A stretch of 55,447 nt of DNA from an uncultured Candidatus Peribacteria bacterium. Lineage in GTDB: Bacteria > Patescibacteriota > Gracilibacteria > Absconditabacterales > Absconditicoccaceae. The position numbers were made by a program, and so were the translations under genes. Each line of letters starts with the position of its first letter. Position 1 is the first letter of the stretch. The notes beneath the pieces were generated by a model, which ran no database searches, was not told where the DNA came from, and saw nothing but the letters and a program-made list of their open reading frames with translations. Location of the stretch: contig CAYIZS010000001.1 in assembly GCA_964367985.1 (NCBI GenBank), positions 1 to 55,447 of the forward strand, in the 5' to 3' direction. Shown piece after piece: positions 31,939 through 42,433 of this stretch.

Positions 31939-32190
31939 TTAAACCTTGAGTCAGATTTTTTTGGAGATTTTGCTATACGCATCGAGATCTCTAGATTTGA
32001 GATATCTGAGCAAAGTTCTCCTTTTCGCTACCTTTTTGAGCAAACTCCTTTTGGAGTCATAATCTTTGGGATTGGCTGCTACATGCGCTTGCAAAAGAGC
32101 AATTTCCTCTCCAAGAATACCGATTTGCATCTCTGGAGAACCCGTGTCCTTGTCATGTCTCTGAAAGACATCTTCTTGTGTTTTTGCCAT
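31939..32190 (-). CDS. rpsO: 30S ribosomal protein S15 (83 aa)
   Basis: ATG 32188-32190 (MAKTQEDVFQRHDKDTGSPEMQI...). The track stop at 31951-31953 is TGA. Read as Gly, the C-terminus becomes ...SKKI[G]LKV*, matching the usual S15 ...LGLRx end. TAA at 31939-31941. Confidence 0.85.
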
Positions 32191-32268
32191 TAGTTTGAGA
32201 AAGAATAAAAAAATAAAAACCTGAAACAAACTCTATAGTGAGATCACCATCATGAGAAAGCTTCAATT

Positions 32269-32340
32269 TACTCCTGGCAGGAATCGAACCTACATCAAAC
32301 CCTTAGGACGGGCCTATTCTATCCATTGAACTACAGGAGC
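32269..32340 (-). tRNA. tRNA-Arg (anticodon CCU)
   Basis: Hand-folded: acceptor GCTCCTG/CAGGAGT (G1-U72 wobble), D arm GTTC-AATGGATA-GAAT, anticodon arm GGCCC-GTCCTAA-GGGTT, T arm GTAGG-TTCGATT-CCTGC. No encoded CCA. Confidence 0.75.
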
Positions 32341-32457
32341 TTGGCCAAATTTGAGCATCAAAAAAAGAGAACTCAAAATTCCCTTATTTATAAATTTCCT
32401 CGGTCTAATTTCAAGTCCAAGTGGTTGCAAAAATTCATCCTCAAAATCTAAAAGGAA

Positions 32458-33081
32458 TTATTTCCTTCCAAAATCTGCAGGATTTTCTCCCCACTTACTG
32501 GTATCTCGACGAAGAATTTGAGTATCAACGGTTTGACCTTTGAGCCACTCCTCTGCTTCCTGAATCAGGGCAAATAATTCTTTATTTTCATATGCAAAAA
32601 TTAGGTTGGTTTTGCAAGTTTTGAGCTGAATCCATTTGATCGCAATTTTAGAATCTGAATAAATCACATAGTCTGTTTTTTTTTCTTTTTTCAACCACTG
32701 CAATCCATGGACAATCGCCAAAAATTCTCAGATATTATTGGTACCTACTGGAGATTTGAAATAGAAAATTTGCTGCTGAGTAGCCAGACTGATCCCCTGA
32801 TATTCCATCACTCCTGTAGCAGAAGAATGCGCTGCATCTACTGCAATCGCAGTCGAGAAATAAGGGATATCACTAGCAATGAAACCTGGAGTAGTTTTTT
32901 GATAATACTTTTCCCATCCCTCCTCTAGAGCTTTTTCTGCTGATACTAAGCTAGGAAAAGATTTATATTTTGCATCTGGGAATCCAGAAACTAAAGCCTG
33001 CACCTCTCCCCAAGAATCAAAAATTCAGACTTTTTTACCTTTCCGAATAACATATCGTTTGGAAGATTTGAGAGAAGCCAT
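32458..33081 (-). CDS. rnhA: ribonuclease HI with N-terminal hybrid-binding domain (207 aa)
   Basis: Track fragments 32458..32721 and 32728..33003 plus the N-terminus are one frame (TGA at 32728 and 33025). N-terminus MASLKSSKRYVIRKGKKV[G]IFDSWGEVQALVSGFPDAKYKSF is the RNase H1 HBD pattern. Catalytic residues lie in AIAVDAA, TNNI[G]EFLAI and IYSDS. Confidence 0.8.
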
Positions 33082-33200
33082 AAAATTTACACTTGGAGAA
33101 ATAAATGCTACTTTTCTAGTGAATTCTCTTGCAAAAGCAATCATTTTCTCTATTTTCTATCAAGTTAAAGTAGTATTTTAGTTATTTTAGAAAAAAAGAA

Positions 33201-35009
33201 ATGTATCGTAGCCATACTTGCTGAGAACTAAACAGCAGCCATCTCAACCAATCCGTCACTCTTTCTGGCTGGGTCAATAAAATCAGAAATCTCGGAGGGA
33301 TGACTTTTATCGATCTCAGGGATCGTTATGGGATCACTCAAATCACCTACAATCCTTCTCAAGCTAATTTCTCTTTGGCAGAGATCAAAGCAGAATATGT
33401 CCTCCGTATCCAAGGAACCGTCAAAGCTAGACCAGCAGAGATGATCAATACTGCTATGCATACCGGAGAAATTGAAATACAACCAAGCAAGATTGAAATC
33501 CTCTCTGAAAGCCAAGAACTGCCTTTTTCTATCGATCATGAAAATCCTGTAGGAGAAGATCTCAGACTCGAATATCGTTATCTCGACTTGAGGAGAAAAT
33601 CACTCAAAGAAAGCATCATCATGAGACATAAGATTTATCTTGAGACGATGAACTTTTTTGATCAGCAAGGGTTTTTGCATCTAGAGACTCCAACTTTTAT
33701 CAAAAATACTCCAGAAGGATCCAGAGAATTTGTAGTACCAGCCAGATTTGATCCGGGTAAATTTTTTGTCCTCCCTCAGTCTCCTCAGCAACACAAGCAG
33801 ATGCTCATGGTCGCAGGGTTTGACAAATATTATCAGCTTGCAAGATGCTATCGTGATGAAGACCCTCGTGGAGATCGTCAGCCAGAATTTACTCAAGTAG
33901 ATTTTGAGCTTTCATTTGTGACTCAAGAAGAAATCATTGATTTGATCCAAGCATATTTTCTCCATCTGGTCAAAAAATACTATCCCCAGAGACCGCTATT
34001 GGCAGAGCCTTTCCCTATCTTCACTTGGCAAGAAGCCATGGATCAGTATGGAAGTGATAAACCAGAACTCAGAGTCGATGGACTAACCTTTATCGATACT
34101 ACTGAATGGGGTAAAAAATCTGATTTTGGACTTTTTCAGTCGTCAACATGCATCAAAGCGATGGTCATTCCCAAAGAAATGGGAAGATCAGAAATCGAAA
34201 AAAAATATGAAGGATTTGTCAAAAACAAAGGTTCCAGAGCACTTCCATGGATCTGTTTTAGCAAAACAGAAGGAGTAAAAGGAAGCATTGCAAAATTTTT
34301 CTCTCCTGAAGCTTTAGAAGAACTCAAAAACCTCACTCAAGCTCAAACGGGAGATACTGTTTTTTTCCAAGCAGATAGCTGGCTCAATGCTTGTAATCAT
34401 CTCGGAATGCTTAGGACTGAAATCATCAAAGAACTCAATCTCCTAGAGGGAAAAGAAGAACAACTAGCTTTTGCATTTGTAGTAGATATGCCACTCTATG
34501 AACTTGGAGATGATGACCAACTCGGAGCTACGCACCATCCTTTCACAACTCCAAAAATGGAAGACATCCCTTTTGTCCTCTCCTTGGCACAAAAAATCCA
34601 ATCAGGGAAAACTATCTCTGCAGAAGAAACTCAGCAACTTTTGCAGGTCAAATCTGATGCATACGATATTATCCTCAATGGATTTGAGCTCGGAGGTGGA
34701 AGTATCAGGATTTTTGATTCTGAGCTGCAACATGCTATTTTTAGTATCCTCTGACTCTCTGATCAGCAAATCGAGGAAAGGTTCTGACATCTGCTCAAAT
34801 CCTTTCAATACGGAGTACCACCTCATGGAGGCTGTGCTTTTGGTCTAGATAGGATCGTTATGCTCCTCCAAAACAAAGAGAATATTCGTGAAGTGATGAT
34901 TTTTCCAAAGAACCAAAGATATCGTGACCTCATGCTCAATGCTCCTAGCGATATTGATGCAGACTTTTTGGATGAACTAGGACTGGCTATTGCAGAGAAA
35001 AAAGAATAA
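33201..35009 (+). CDS. aspS: aspartate--tRNA ligase (602 aa)
   Basis: ATG 33201. Track ORF 33300..34754 is extended at both ends through TGA at 33222, 34752 and 34785. MYRSHTC[G]ELN..., class II motifs, C-terminus F[G][30 protein letters not shown] at 35007-35009. Confidence 0.9.
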
Positions 35010-35816
35010 AAAAAAGCTCCTTTTTCTTTCTTATTTTTTGCAGAGAAATGACAGGCAACGTTTTATCTATCTGACGCCAATTTCACCAAGTTATCAACAA
35101 TTGAAATCGGTGTCCCGTAGGGCTTGCGGATAGATTTTGTTAGGCGATGTATTTATTAATATTCATCTCAAAATATTGCGACAGCTCATCAGGTTATAAC
35201 TATTCATAGAATTAATCACCACCAACCAAACATAAAAAATAAAAATGATAAAATTCATAACCATATTAAGAATCAAATAAACTTAAGCAACTTAATAAAA
35301 AAGTTATCCATTATTATTTTGATTAAAATATAAAACTATAAATACTATTAACTATTGCATAATAAATATGTAGCCTAACTCAATGTTGTATTACATGTTT
35401 ACTTGAGAAATATACTAAATTTGTATATTCTATGATATAAGCGGTGAGTGACCTAAGGATATTTTTTTTAGAGTCTAGAATATTTAACAAAAATTTTCAC
35501 ATACTTTTTTAAAATTTTTAATAACTTAGTGTAAATATTTTCTCATGCTATTCAACAATTAAATCTAAATTCGCATTATTTTCAAAAAATATTTAAAAAT
35601 TCAAATGCTTTTTTGTCTACTAAGATGTAAATTTTTTTCTATAAGAGTTTTTGCTAATCATGATGTAGTTATATTGATTATTTAAACCACTTCAACTACT
35701 TTAGACTCAAATATCTTAACTCTTCTTGCTTTTGCTAGTAGATTTTCTTATACTAAAAGAGAGATGATTAAACTCAGAAAAAATCTTGAGTAAGACACTT
35801 TTAATTTTCATAGGGA
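35010..35816. other. ~800-bp gene-free, extremely AT-rich spacer with a GC-richer foldable island at its 5' end (35039-35150)
   Basis: All six frames are dense in TAA/TAG even under table 25. Within 35065-35135, inverted repeats ATCTATC/GATAGAT, CGC/GCG, CACC/GGTG and CCC-GTA-GGG could form a small multi-stem structure. Confidence 0.6.
35768..35793 (+). promoter_or_regulatory. imperfect palindrome upstream of hrcA (possible degenerate operator)
   Basis: TTAAACTCAgaaaaaatctTGAGTAAG, i.e. ACTCA-N10-TGAGT, 25-50 nt before ATG 35817. It resembles CIRCE (TTAGCACTC-N9-GAGTGCTAA) only loosely. Confidence 0.2.
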
Positions 35817-36485
35817 ATGGCCCAAAAAGATAGTAAGCTCCTTGCATTGCTAGATACCGTGATTGACTGTTATCTAGATAGTGGAGAGCCAGTTGGCTCA
35901 AAGCTTTTGCATGGACTAAAAATCTCTGACTATGCTCCTTCTACTCTGAGAAAATATCTCAATATTTTGGAAAAGCAGGGACTTGTCTATCAGCCGTATA
36001 ATTCTTCTGGGAGGATTCCTACCCTCCAAGGGATGTCTGCATATCTAGATACGACTCTAGCAGAAGTATCAGAAGAATCCATCGATCTAGAACTCGATGC
36101 TGCTAGAGGAAATCTCAAAAGTCTGGTCGAAGCACTTGGAGAGGTTTCGGATGGTGTGGTGATTGGATTTATCAGAAATGATGAATACTATTATCTCGGG
36201 ATCAACAATCTCCTCCGTGATGATATGGTCAATGAATACTCTGCGACGAGGACAATTATCCGTTTTATTGAAGAGAAAAAAATTGTAGCTTTTATCGACA
36301 AAAAAATCCTCAAAAGCAGAGAGATCTACTATAGCTTTGTCAACGATGAAGATACCGTCATCTCTTGTACCTATAGCAAGATCAGCTTTGATGGTTATGA
36401 TGGGATACTCGCCATTGTAGGCCCTTTGAGAGTCAATTATAAAAAAAATATTGCTATCCTGAGAAAAGTCCTAGAAACACTTTAG
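35817..36485 (+). CDS. hrcA: heat-inducible transcription repressor HrcA, short form (222 aa)
   Basis: N-terminal wHTH pattern LLALLDTVIDCYLDSGEPVGSKLL...STLRKYLNILEKQGLVYQPYNSSGRIPTLQGMSAYLD. Genuine TAG stop, so it is ~100 aa shorter than typical HrcA. Confidence 0.75.
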   Translation: MAQKDSKLLALLDTVIDCYLDSGEPVGSKLLHGLKISDYAPSTLRKYLNILEKQGLVYQPYNSSGRIPTLQGMSAYLDTTLAEVSEESIDLELDAARGNLKSLVEALGEVSDGVVIGFIRNDEYYYLGINNLLRDDMVNEYSATRTIIRFIEEKKIVAFIDKKILKSREIYYSFVNDEDTVISCTYSKISFDGYDGILAIVGPLRVNYKKNIAILRKVLETL

Positions 36486-36504
36486 TATCGTTATTTTACA
36501 AACC

Positions 36505-36984
36505 ATGTATCCAAATAACATTGAGCAAAACAATGCTCCCCTCGATTCATGAAGGGAAAATATTGCACAATTGCAACAAAGAATTAAGAATCTCAAAAAT
36601 GAATTGGAACAACAACATATTTACGAAAAACAAGAGTTAAAAAAAGAAATCATCCAAAATGCATTAAAAGATTTATCAAGTGCTAGTGAAAGAGTAAATA
36701 ATTTAAATGACCTCAAAGCGGAAGAACAGCAAAATGAAATAGATACAATTGAAGCAATACTTAGAGGAATAGAATTATCAAAAAATGAAATAGCATCTCT
36801 TCAACAACAAATCTTAGACACCTCAATAGATTTCAAAGAAACAATAGTCGCCAAACTTCCTCAAAGTTCAGAAAAATCTATTGAGTGAAGGATGCAAGCT
36901 GTCGATCAAATATCCAACCTACCAACAACCTGAAATTCATTTGCAGATCGAGCAAAAAAACAAATAGACAAATTCCTTGCTTAA
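36505..36984 (+). CDS. hypothetical coiled-coil protein (159 aa)
   Basis: ATG 36505. Track ORF 36571..36888 is extended through TGA at 36550, 36886 and 36931 to TAA 36982-36984. No GrpE motifs despite its position after hrcA. Confidence 0.5.
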
Positions 36985-37011
36985 TTATTTATTTAGTTTT
37001 TATAATTTTTT

Positions 37012-37509
37012 ATGGCAGAAATAGTACAAAGTGCAGGAGGAATCCTTTATTGTTTAGATGAAAACCGTGAACCTAAATATCTTATTATCAAAAGACATGC
37101 TCTCTCAGGAAAGATCGAACGAGTAGCCCCAAAAGGTAAAATCCAGAAAGGAGAAAAGATCGAAGAAACAGCACTCAGAGAGACTTCCGAAGAATGCTGA
37201 ATTCCTCTCAATCAACTCAGAATTAAACAACAAATCTGAACTACCTCTCTGAGAAGTTCTGAAACCAAAAGAGGTCATCTAGACAAAGATGTGACCTATT
37301 TTCTCATGCACTATACCGGCAATCCTGAAATGGTAAAAATCACAGATGGTGAAGGATATATCGGGATTCATAAATGGGCTAGTATCCAAGAAATTCTTGC
37401 GCTCCTCTACTACGGAGATATCAGAGAACTCTTTAGGAAGGCACACTTGATAATCCAAAACGAAAAAAAGAATAACCTAGTCAAGGAAAACTTTCTCAAA
37501 AAGCTGTAA
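37012..37509 (+). CDS. NUDIX hydrolase (165 aa)
   Basis: Track fragments 37012..37200 and 37291..37509 are in one frame (TGA at 37198 and 37237). Complete Nudix box GKIQKGEKIEETALRETSEEC[G]I, with its terminal Gly encoded by TGA. Confidence 0.8.
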
Positions 37510-37578
37510 TTTATCTTGTATTTCCTAGAGACATTACTATCATCAAAAATAGTTTTTTATTTCCCTTATCCAATTCTC

Positions 37579-37929
37579 ATGACCACAGAACTCTTGCAAG
37601 TCAGTGACATCAAGTACAAATTTGTTAATGTATCTGAAGTAATGGAATCAGATCTCAAAAAAGCAGTAGAATCACAAATCGCAAACAAAGGACAAAGTGT
37701 CCTCAAAAAAATCTATGCGAAAAATATTGATGCAAAAGTGATCGTTGATTATAGTATCATCAAAAACAAAGCAGGACTCTACGAATCAGATTTTATTTTT
37801 CTCTATGATGGAGAAAGATTTACCGTATCGAGCCACAAAGGTTTCAAAATAGCCAGAGACATGGTTTCTCATGCTTTCGACAAATGGAAAAGGAAAGTTC
37901 TTTGATTTTGGGGATCTTTTGGCAAATAG
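37579..37929 (+). CDS. putative ribosome-associated inhibitor / hibernation factor (RaiA/HPF-like), 116 aa
   Basis: Internal ATG 37579 of track ORF 37516..37905. Size and C-terminal pattern ...HKGFKIARDMVSHAFDKWKRKV resemble the S30AE family (DMYAAID..KL.RQL.K). The TGA at 37903 adds the tail [G]FWGSFGK before TAG 37927-37929. Confidence 0.4.
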
Positions 37930-38010
37930 AATAGCAAATACAATCCCAAAACTGGAAATACTAAAATCAGCAAAAATCAGATTTTTATTTTTATCAAATC
38001 GTGATCAGTT

Positions 38011-38490
38011 ATGAGTAATAAAAATTTTCTCACTAAAGAAGGATACGAGAAACTCATTAGAGAGCTCAAAGAACTCAAACAAGAAAAACTCCCTGCTGTC
38101 TTAGAAAGACTTTCTGAAGCAAAAGCAATGGGAGATCTCTCAGAAAACTTTGAGTACAAATCAGCTATGGAAGACAAGGATTTTATCCATTCCAGGATTG
38201 CTGAGATTGAAATGCTCATCGAAGATGCAGAGATCGTAGAAAAAAAACAAACCGGATCCAAAAAAAATGTAGATTTTGGAAGCAAAGTCCTCCTCGATAT
38301 CGAAGGAGAAGACAAAGAATATACCGTAGTAATTGTCGGTACTGCAGAAGTTGGTATCGAAGAAGGAATCATAAATATCTCCTTTGAATCTCCACTAGGT
38401 CAAGCCATCAGAGGGAAAAAAGTTGGAGAAGTTGGTAAAATGAGACACGAGACAGGGAGAAAAAATGTAAAAATTCTCGCTATAGAATAA
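38011..38490 (+). CDS. greA: transcription elongation factor GreA
   Basis: 159-aa ORF with LTKEGYEKLIRELKELK...AKAMGDLSENFEYKSAMEDKDFIHSRIAEIE and C-terminal ISFESPLGQAIRGKKVGE. Confidence 0.9.
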   Translation: MSNKNFLTKEGYEKLIRELKELKQEKLPAVLERLSEAKAMGDLSENFEYKSAMEDKDFIHSRIAEIEMLIEDAEIVEKKQTGSKKNVDFGSKVLLDIEGEDKEYTVVIVGTAEVGIEEGIINISFESPLGQAIRGKKVGEVGKMRHETGRKNVKILAIE

Positions 38491-38556
38491 TTTTGCTATT
38501 CAAACTCTCAGTTTTCAAAATACTTTTAGGCAAATCAGTAGCGCTATTCCTTGAAC

Positions 38557-39168
38557 ATGTATAATCCTTATGATTTTTATTTTAAAAAAGCAAAAAAAAC
38601 AGGCTACAAAGCCAGGAGTGCTTTTAAACTTGAAGAAATTCAGCAAAAATATGGACTCATCACTCCACAGACCAAAAATATCTTGGATATTGGCTGTGCT
38701 CCAGGGAGCTGGATACAATATAGTTTTGCACAGCTCAAAAAAAATCGTATCAAAGATTTTAAAATCATCTGACTAGATATCAAACCTGTAGAGCTCAACT
38801 TCCCAGAAATCAAAACTTATGTCCAAGATATCACTGATACTACTGGAGTACAAGCAATCTTTGATGCAGAACAGGTCCAACAGTTTGACTTTATCCAGTC
38901 AGATATGGCACCAAATACAATTGGACTCAGAGATATCGATGCAATTAGATCACTAGATCTCATCCAACAGAGCTATTGGATTTACGAGCAATATCTCAAC
39001 CCCCAAGGGAGTTTTGCAATCAAACTTTTTATGGGACCAGGATTTGATGAATTTATCATGCAGCTAAAAAAAAGATTTTGAGGGAAATATATCAAAGTAT
39101 TTAAACCAGAAAGTTCTAGGAAACAAAGTAAAGAAACTTATGTGATCAAAATTCCAGAAAAAAAATAA
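38557..39168 (+). CDS. rlmE: 23S rRNA U2552 2'-O-methyltransferase RlmE/FtsJ (203 aa)
   Basis: Track ORF 38551..38772 continues through TGA at 38770 and 39079 to TAA 39166-39168. Motifs YKARSAFKLEEI, LDIGCAPGSW, KII[G]LDI and SDMAPN. Confidence 0.8.
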
Positions 39169-39341
39169 AAGAAAATAAAAGACAGAAACTTCGAAAAATC
39201 TCTGTCTTCTTGCATTTTTTTGAGGGATAATCCCCAAAATTTGCTTACAAGGTTCTACTACACGTAGACTATTATATAAATAATATCGATTTTGTCAAAT
39301 TTATTAAAAGATTTTTATTTATCCCTAGAAAGAGGCAGATC

Positions 39342-40688
39342 ATGGACAATCTAAAGAAAAAAATGCGAGAAAAATTCCAAGATGATATTGCAGAGCTTAA
39401 CGAAGGACTCCAAAAATTATTGGAAATAAGCTTTAAAAAAGGAAGTATCGAAGAAGAAGAAATTATTTCAGAACTGGATGATATGGATGGAAATATCAAA
39501 GTTTTGGAAAAATTTTATGATCTCACCGACAAACTGGGGATCAAGATCATTACCATCGAAGAGATCTTAGAAAAAGAACAAGAAGAAATCAAAAAAGAAA
39601 GCAAACTAGGGAAAGTAAGCATCTATGGCAATAAAGCCACCACCAATGCAGCAAATTCTCAGCACAAAGACTTTATCAAGCTCTATTTCAATGATATTGG
39701 GAAAATCCCACTCCTCACTGCTGATGAAGAAAAAGAAATTGCAAGAAAAATCAAGAAAGGAGACGAAGCTGCCAAAAAGAAACTCATAGAATCCAATCTC
39801 AGACTGGTAATTTCTATTGCAAAAAGATTTTTTGGAGGGAGATTGACCTTTTCAGATCTCATCCAAGAAGGGAATATTGGGCTCATCAAAGCAATCGAAA
39901 AGTTTGATCCAGAGAGAGATTTCAAATTTAGTACTTATGCAACGTGGTGGATCAAACAGTCCATCACCAAAGCTATTGCAGATATGAGTAAACATGTGAG
40001 GATTCCAGTCCATCTCATCGATGAGATCAATTCTTATAATAAAGCCTATCAGATCCTTTTCCAAAAACTTGGTCGTGAACCTACAAGCAAAGAAATTGGA
40101 CAAAAACTCTGATTCCCTATCAAAAAAATCAAAAAACTAGAAGAGGTGATTTTTGGAAATGTCTCCCTCGATAGACAAGTTGGAGATGAAGGGAGAGACA
40201 CCCTTGCAGATCTCCTAGAAGATGCCAATACCATGAGACCAGATCAGATCGCAGAGAGAAATGCATTGAGAAATAATCTTGATACCATTTTGGAGATGCT
40301 CGATGATAGAGAGGCAAAAATCGTAAAAATGAGATATGGGATCGATGGTCCAAAATTTACTTTGGAACAAGTGGGAGAAGAATTTGATGTGACCAGAGAG
40401 AGAGTCAGACAAATTGAGCAAAAAGTGATCCAAAAACTCAAAGACCACGAAGGGCTCCAAAGAATCATCTGAATAGAAGACGATATTGAAAAAATGATCA
40501 GTAAAGAAAAAAAGAAAAAGTCTAAAAAAGCTGGAAACAAAAAATCTCCAGATCAATATGAATATGATGAAGCAGAATCCTATCTAGATACCTTGATAGA
40601 TGGGGATTTTGAGAGTGAAGAAGATGATATAGAATATGGAGAAATAGAAGATATCGTAAAATTTGAAGAATTGGATTTGGATGAATAA
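39342..40688 (+). CDS. rpoD: primary sigma factor RpoD/SigA with TGA-encoded internal Gly and a 72-aa C-terminal Lys-rich/acidic extension (448 aa under table 25)
   Basis: Track fragments 39342..40112, 40146..40472 and 40494..40688 are all in one frame. Regions 2-4 are recognisable ([62 protein letters not shown]). TGA 40110 sits in L[G]FP. TGA 40470 sits where sigma-70 proteins normally end. Confidence 0.85.
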
Positions 40689-40770
40689 TCCTCAAAATTT
40701 TCTTTAAAAAGATCTAATCGTTTTAACTAAATCAATCTATTTTAAAGAAATCAGAAATAAACTGAGAAGA

Positions 40771-40797
40771 AGATTCCATTGAGGGATCTTTTTTTTT
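40771..40797 (+). terminator. rho-independent terminator after rpoD
   Basis: AGATTCC-ATTGA-GGGATCT hairpin followed by T9. Confidence 0.65.
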
Positions 40798-40897
40798 GAA
40801 AGGTTTTTGTAAGGGAGAATTTACACAGATTTTTTTAGCAACAAAAAAACAAAGAGAAAATTCTGATAAAGAAGCATCTAAAGACAAAAGAAAATTG

Positions 40898-41944
40898 CTA
40901 ACAATATCTCACTTCTGGCTCTAATGAGATTCCAAATTTTTCTAGAACACTCTTTTGGATCTGTTGTGCTAAATCAGCAATATCAACTCCTTTGGTGCCG
41001 GTATTGAGGATCACCAAGGCATGTTTGGGAGAGACTGTAGCTGATCCCAAAGATTTACCTTTCCATCCCGCTAATTCGATCAATTGTCCAGCAGAAAGTT
41101 TGATCAAATCCTCTCCCTCTTCCCAAAAAACTAAATCTGGATACTGTTGAACAAGCTCTTCTCGCTGAGGGATTCAGATTTTTGGATTTTTGAAATAACT
41201 CCCAGCAGTCCCAACTTCTGCAGGATTGGGTAATTTACTAGCTCTAATTTGGCGGATTGCCTGCAAGAGAGTTTGCTGTTTATCACGAGGGGAAAGTGCT
41301 TCAAAATCAATAGTTTCTGCAGCAAAAAAGGTCTGAATATCTTTGTAAGAAGTAGTAAATACATACTCCTCATCAATTCTTGGAAGCTCAAAACCCACAT
41401 GAGTAATAATAAACTGATCCAAGAGTTCCTGTTTGAAAATACTCTCACGATAAGCAAACTCACACTCCTCTGCACTGAGTTTCTGGATCGTTTGGGTGGT
41501 CAAATTTACTCCCAAAACTTCTGAGATAATTTGAGACGCTTCTTGTCCATAAGCTCAAATATTTGATACTGCTACGCTTCCGATCAAACTCGGGATATCA
41601 ACCATATTTTCCAGACCTCCTAACTGACGATCCACCGCCCACTGGACAAAATCATTCCAAGACTCCCCTGCTGCTACCTGTACTAGTACTGATTGATCCG
41701 TCTCTGAGAGGACTTTGATCCCTTTCATCTCCATTTTGAGCACCACCCCATCAAAAAAATCTGAAACAAACAAAGTATTGTATCCTCATCCCAGAATCCA
41801 ATGTGCTTGCTCTTTCCACAGATCAGATGCAATGAGCTGCAAAAGTTGGTAAGTGCTAGTAATTGTTTGAAAATATCTCGCTCTGCAATGCACTCAAAAG
41901 CTATTGAAAGCTTGCAATTCAACATTTTCTTGAAACATCATCAT
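40898..41944 (-). CDS. murB: UDP-N-acetylenolpyruvoylglucosamine reductase (348 aa)
   Basis: Track fragments 40898..41107, 41174..41515 and 41555..41773 plus the N-terminus are one frame (TGA at 41174, 41555, 41786 and 41894). NSF[G]VHCRARYF, ILG[G]GYNTLF, KLSAGQLIELAGWKG. The start lies among three consecutive ATGs (41936-41944). Confidence 0.85.
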
Positions 41945-42080
41945 GGAAAAGAGAAAATAAAACATCCTCAGCTTATAGAAAGGCAAAGAAAAAGCAAAAG
42001 AAATCTGATTGCTTTATATTGATTTATCATCCTAAAAAAATATGATTTAGAGGAATCACTTTTAGTTATCTTAAACAACG

Positions 42081-42383
42081 ATGCCAATCATCTCCTCGAT
42101 AGCGCTTGAGAAGCTTGCAAAAGAAAATAAAATCTCCCTCGATCCTCTACAAGCCACAAAATTAGAACAGAATTTGAATAACAATCTTTCCAAACTAGTA
42201 AGACTTCCAATATCCCAAGACACCAAGATCAATATGGAACTAAGAGGAGAAAAGATTAGATGTTTTGACCTGGAAAGTAGCAACAATAAAAATGATAAGC
42301 TTCTAGCAAATACTCAACATCCCCTCAAAAATCAAAGCATTACCATTCAAACTTCTCTCAAAACAGAGATTTCGTCATCATAG
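42081..42383 (+). CDS. gatC: putative Asp/Glu-tRNA amidotransferase subunit C
   Basis: 100-aa ORF. The spacing of IALEKLAKENKISLDPLQATKLEQNLNNNLSKLVRL...DT...ELRGEK resembles GatC (LA.LA.L.L.eee...f..qL..Il.....L..vdT....lReD). No flanking gatA/gatB. Confidence 0.4.
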   Translation: MPIISSIALEKLAKENKISLDPLQATKLEQNLNNNLSKLVRLPISQDTKINMELRGEKIRCFDLESSNNKNDKLLANTQHPLKNQSITIQTSLKTEISSS

Positions 42384-42433
42384 ATAGCTATCAAGATTTT
42401 AAAAAAGTTTTTATTTTTTTATACGATATCCTC

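Noticed and set aside
35010-35816. The AT-rich gap as the chromosomal replication origin.
   Set aside because: There are only two loose DnaA-box-like 9-mers (8/9 and 7/9 matches) and no dnaA/dnaN nearby. I cannot compute GC skew. It is kept only as one alternative within the finding.
36505-36984. The gene after hrcA as grpE, from the classical hrcA-grpE-dnaK order.
   Set aside because: The sequence is entirely coiled-coil-like. It lacks the GrpE C-terminal beta-domain pattern, and no dnaK follows.
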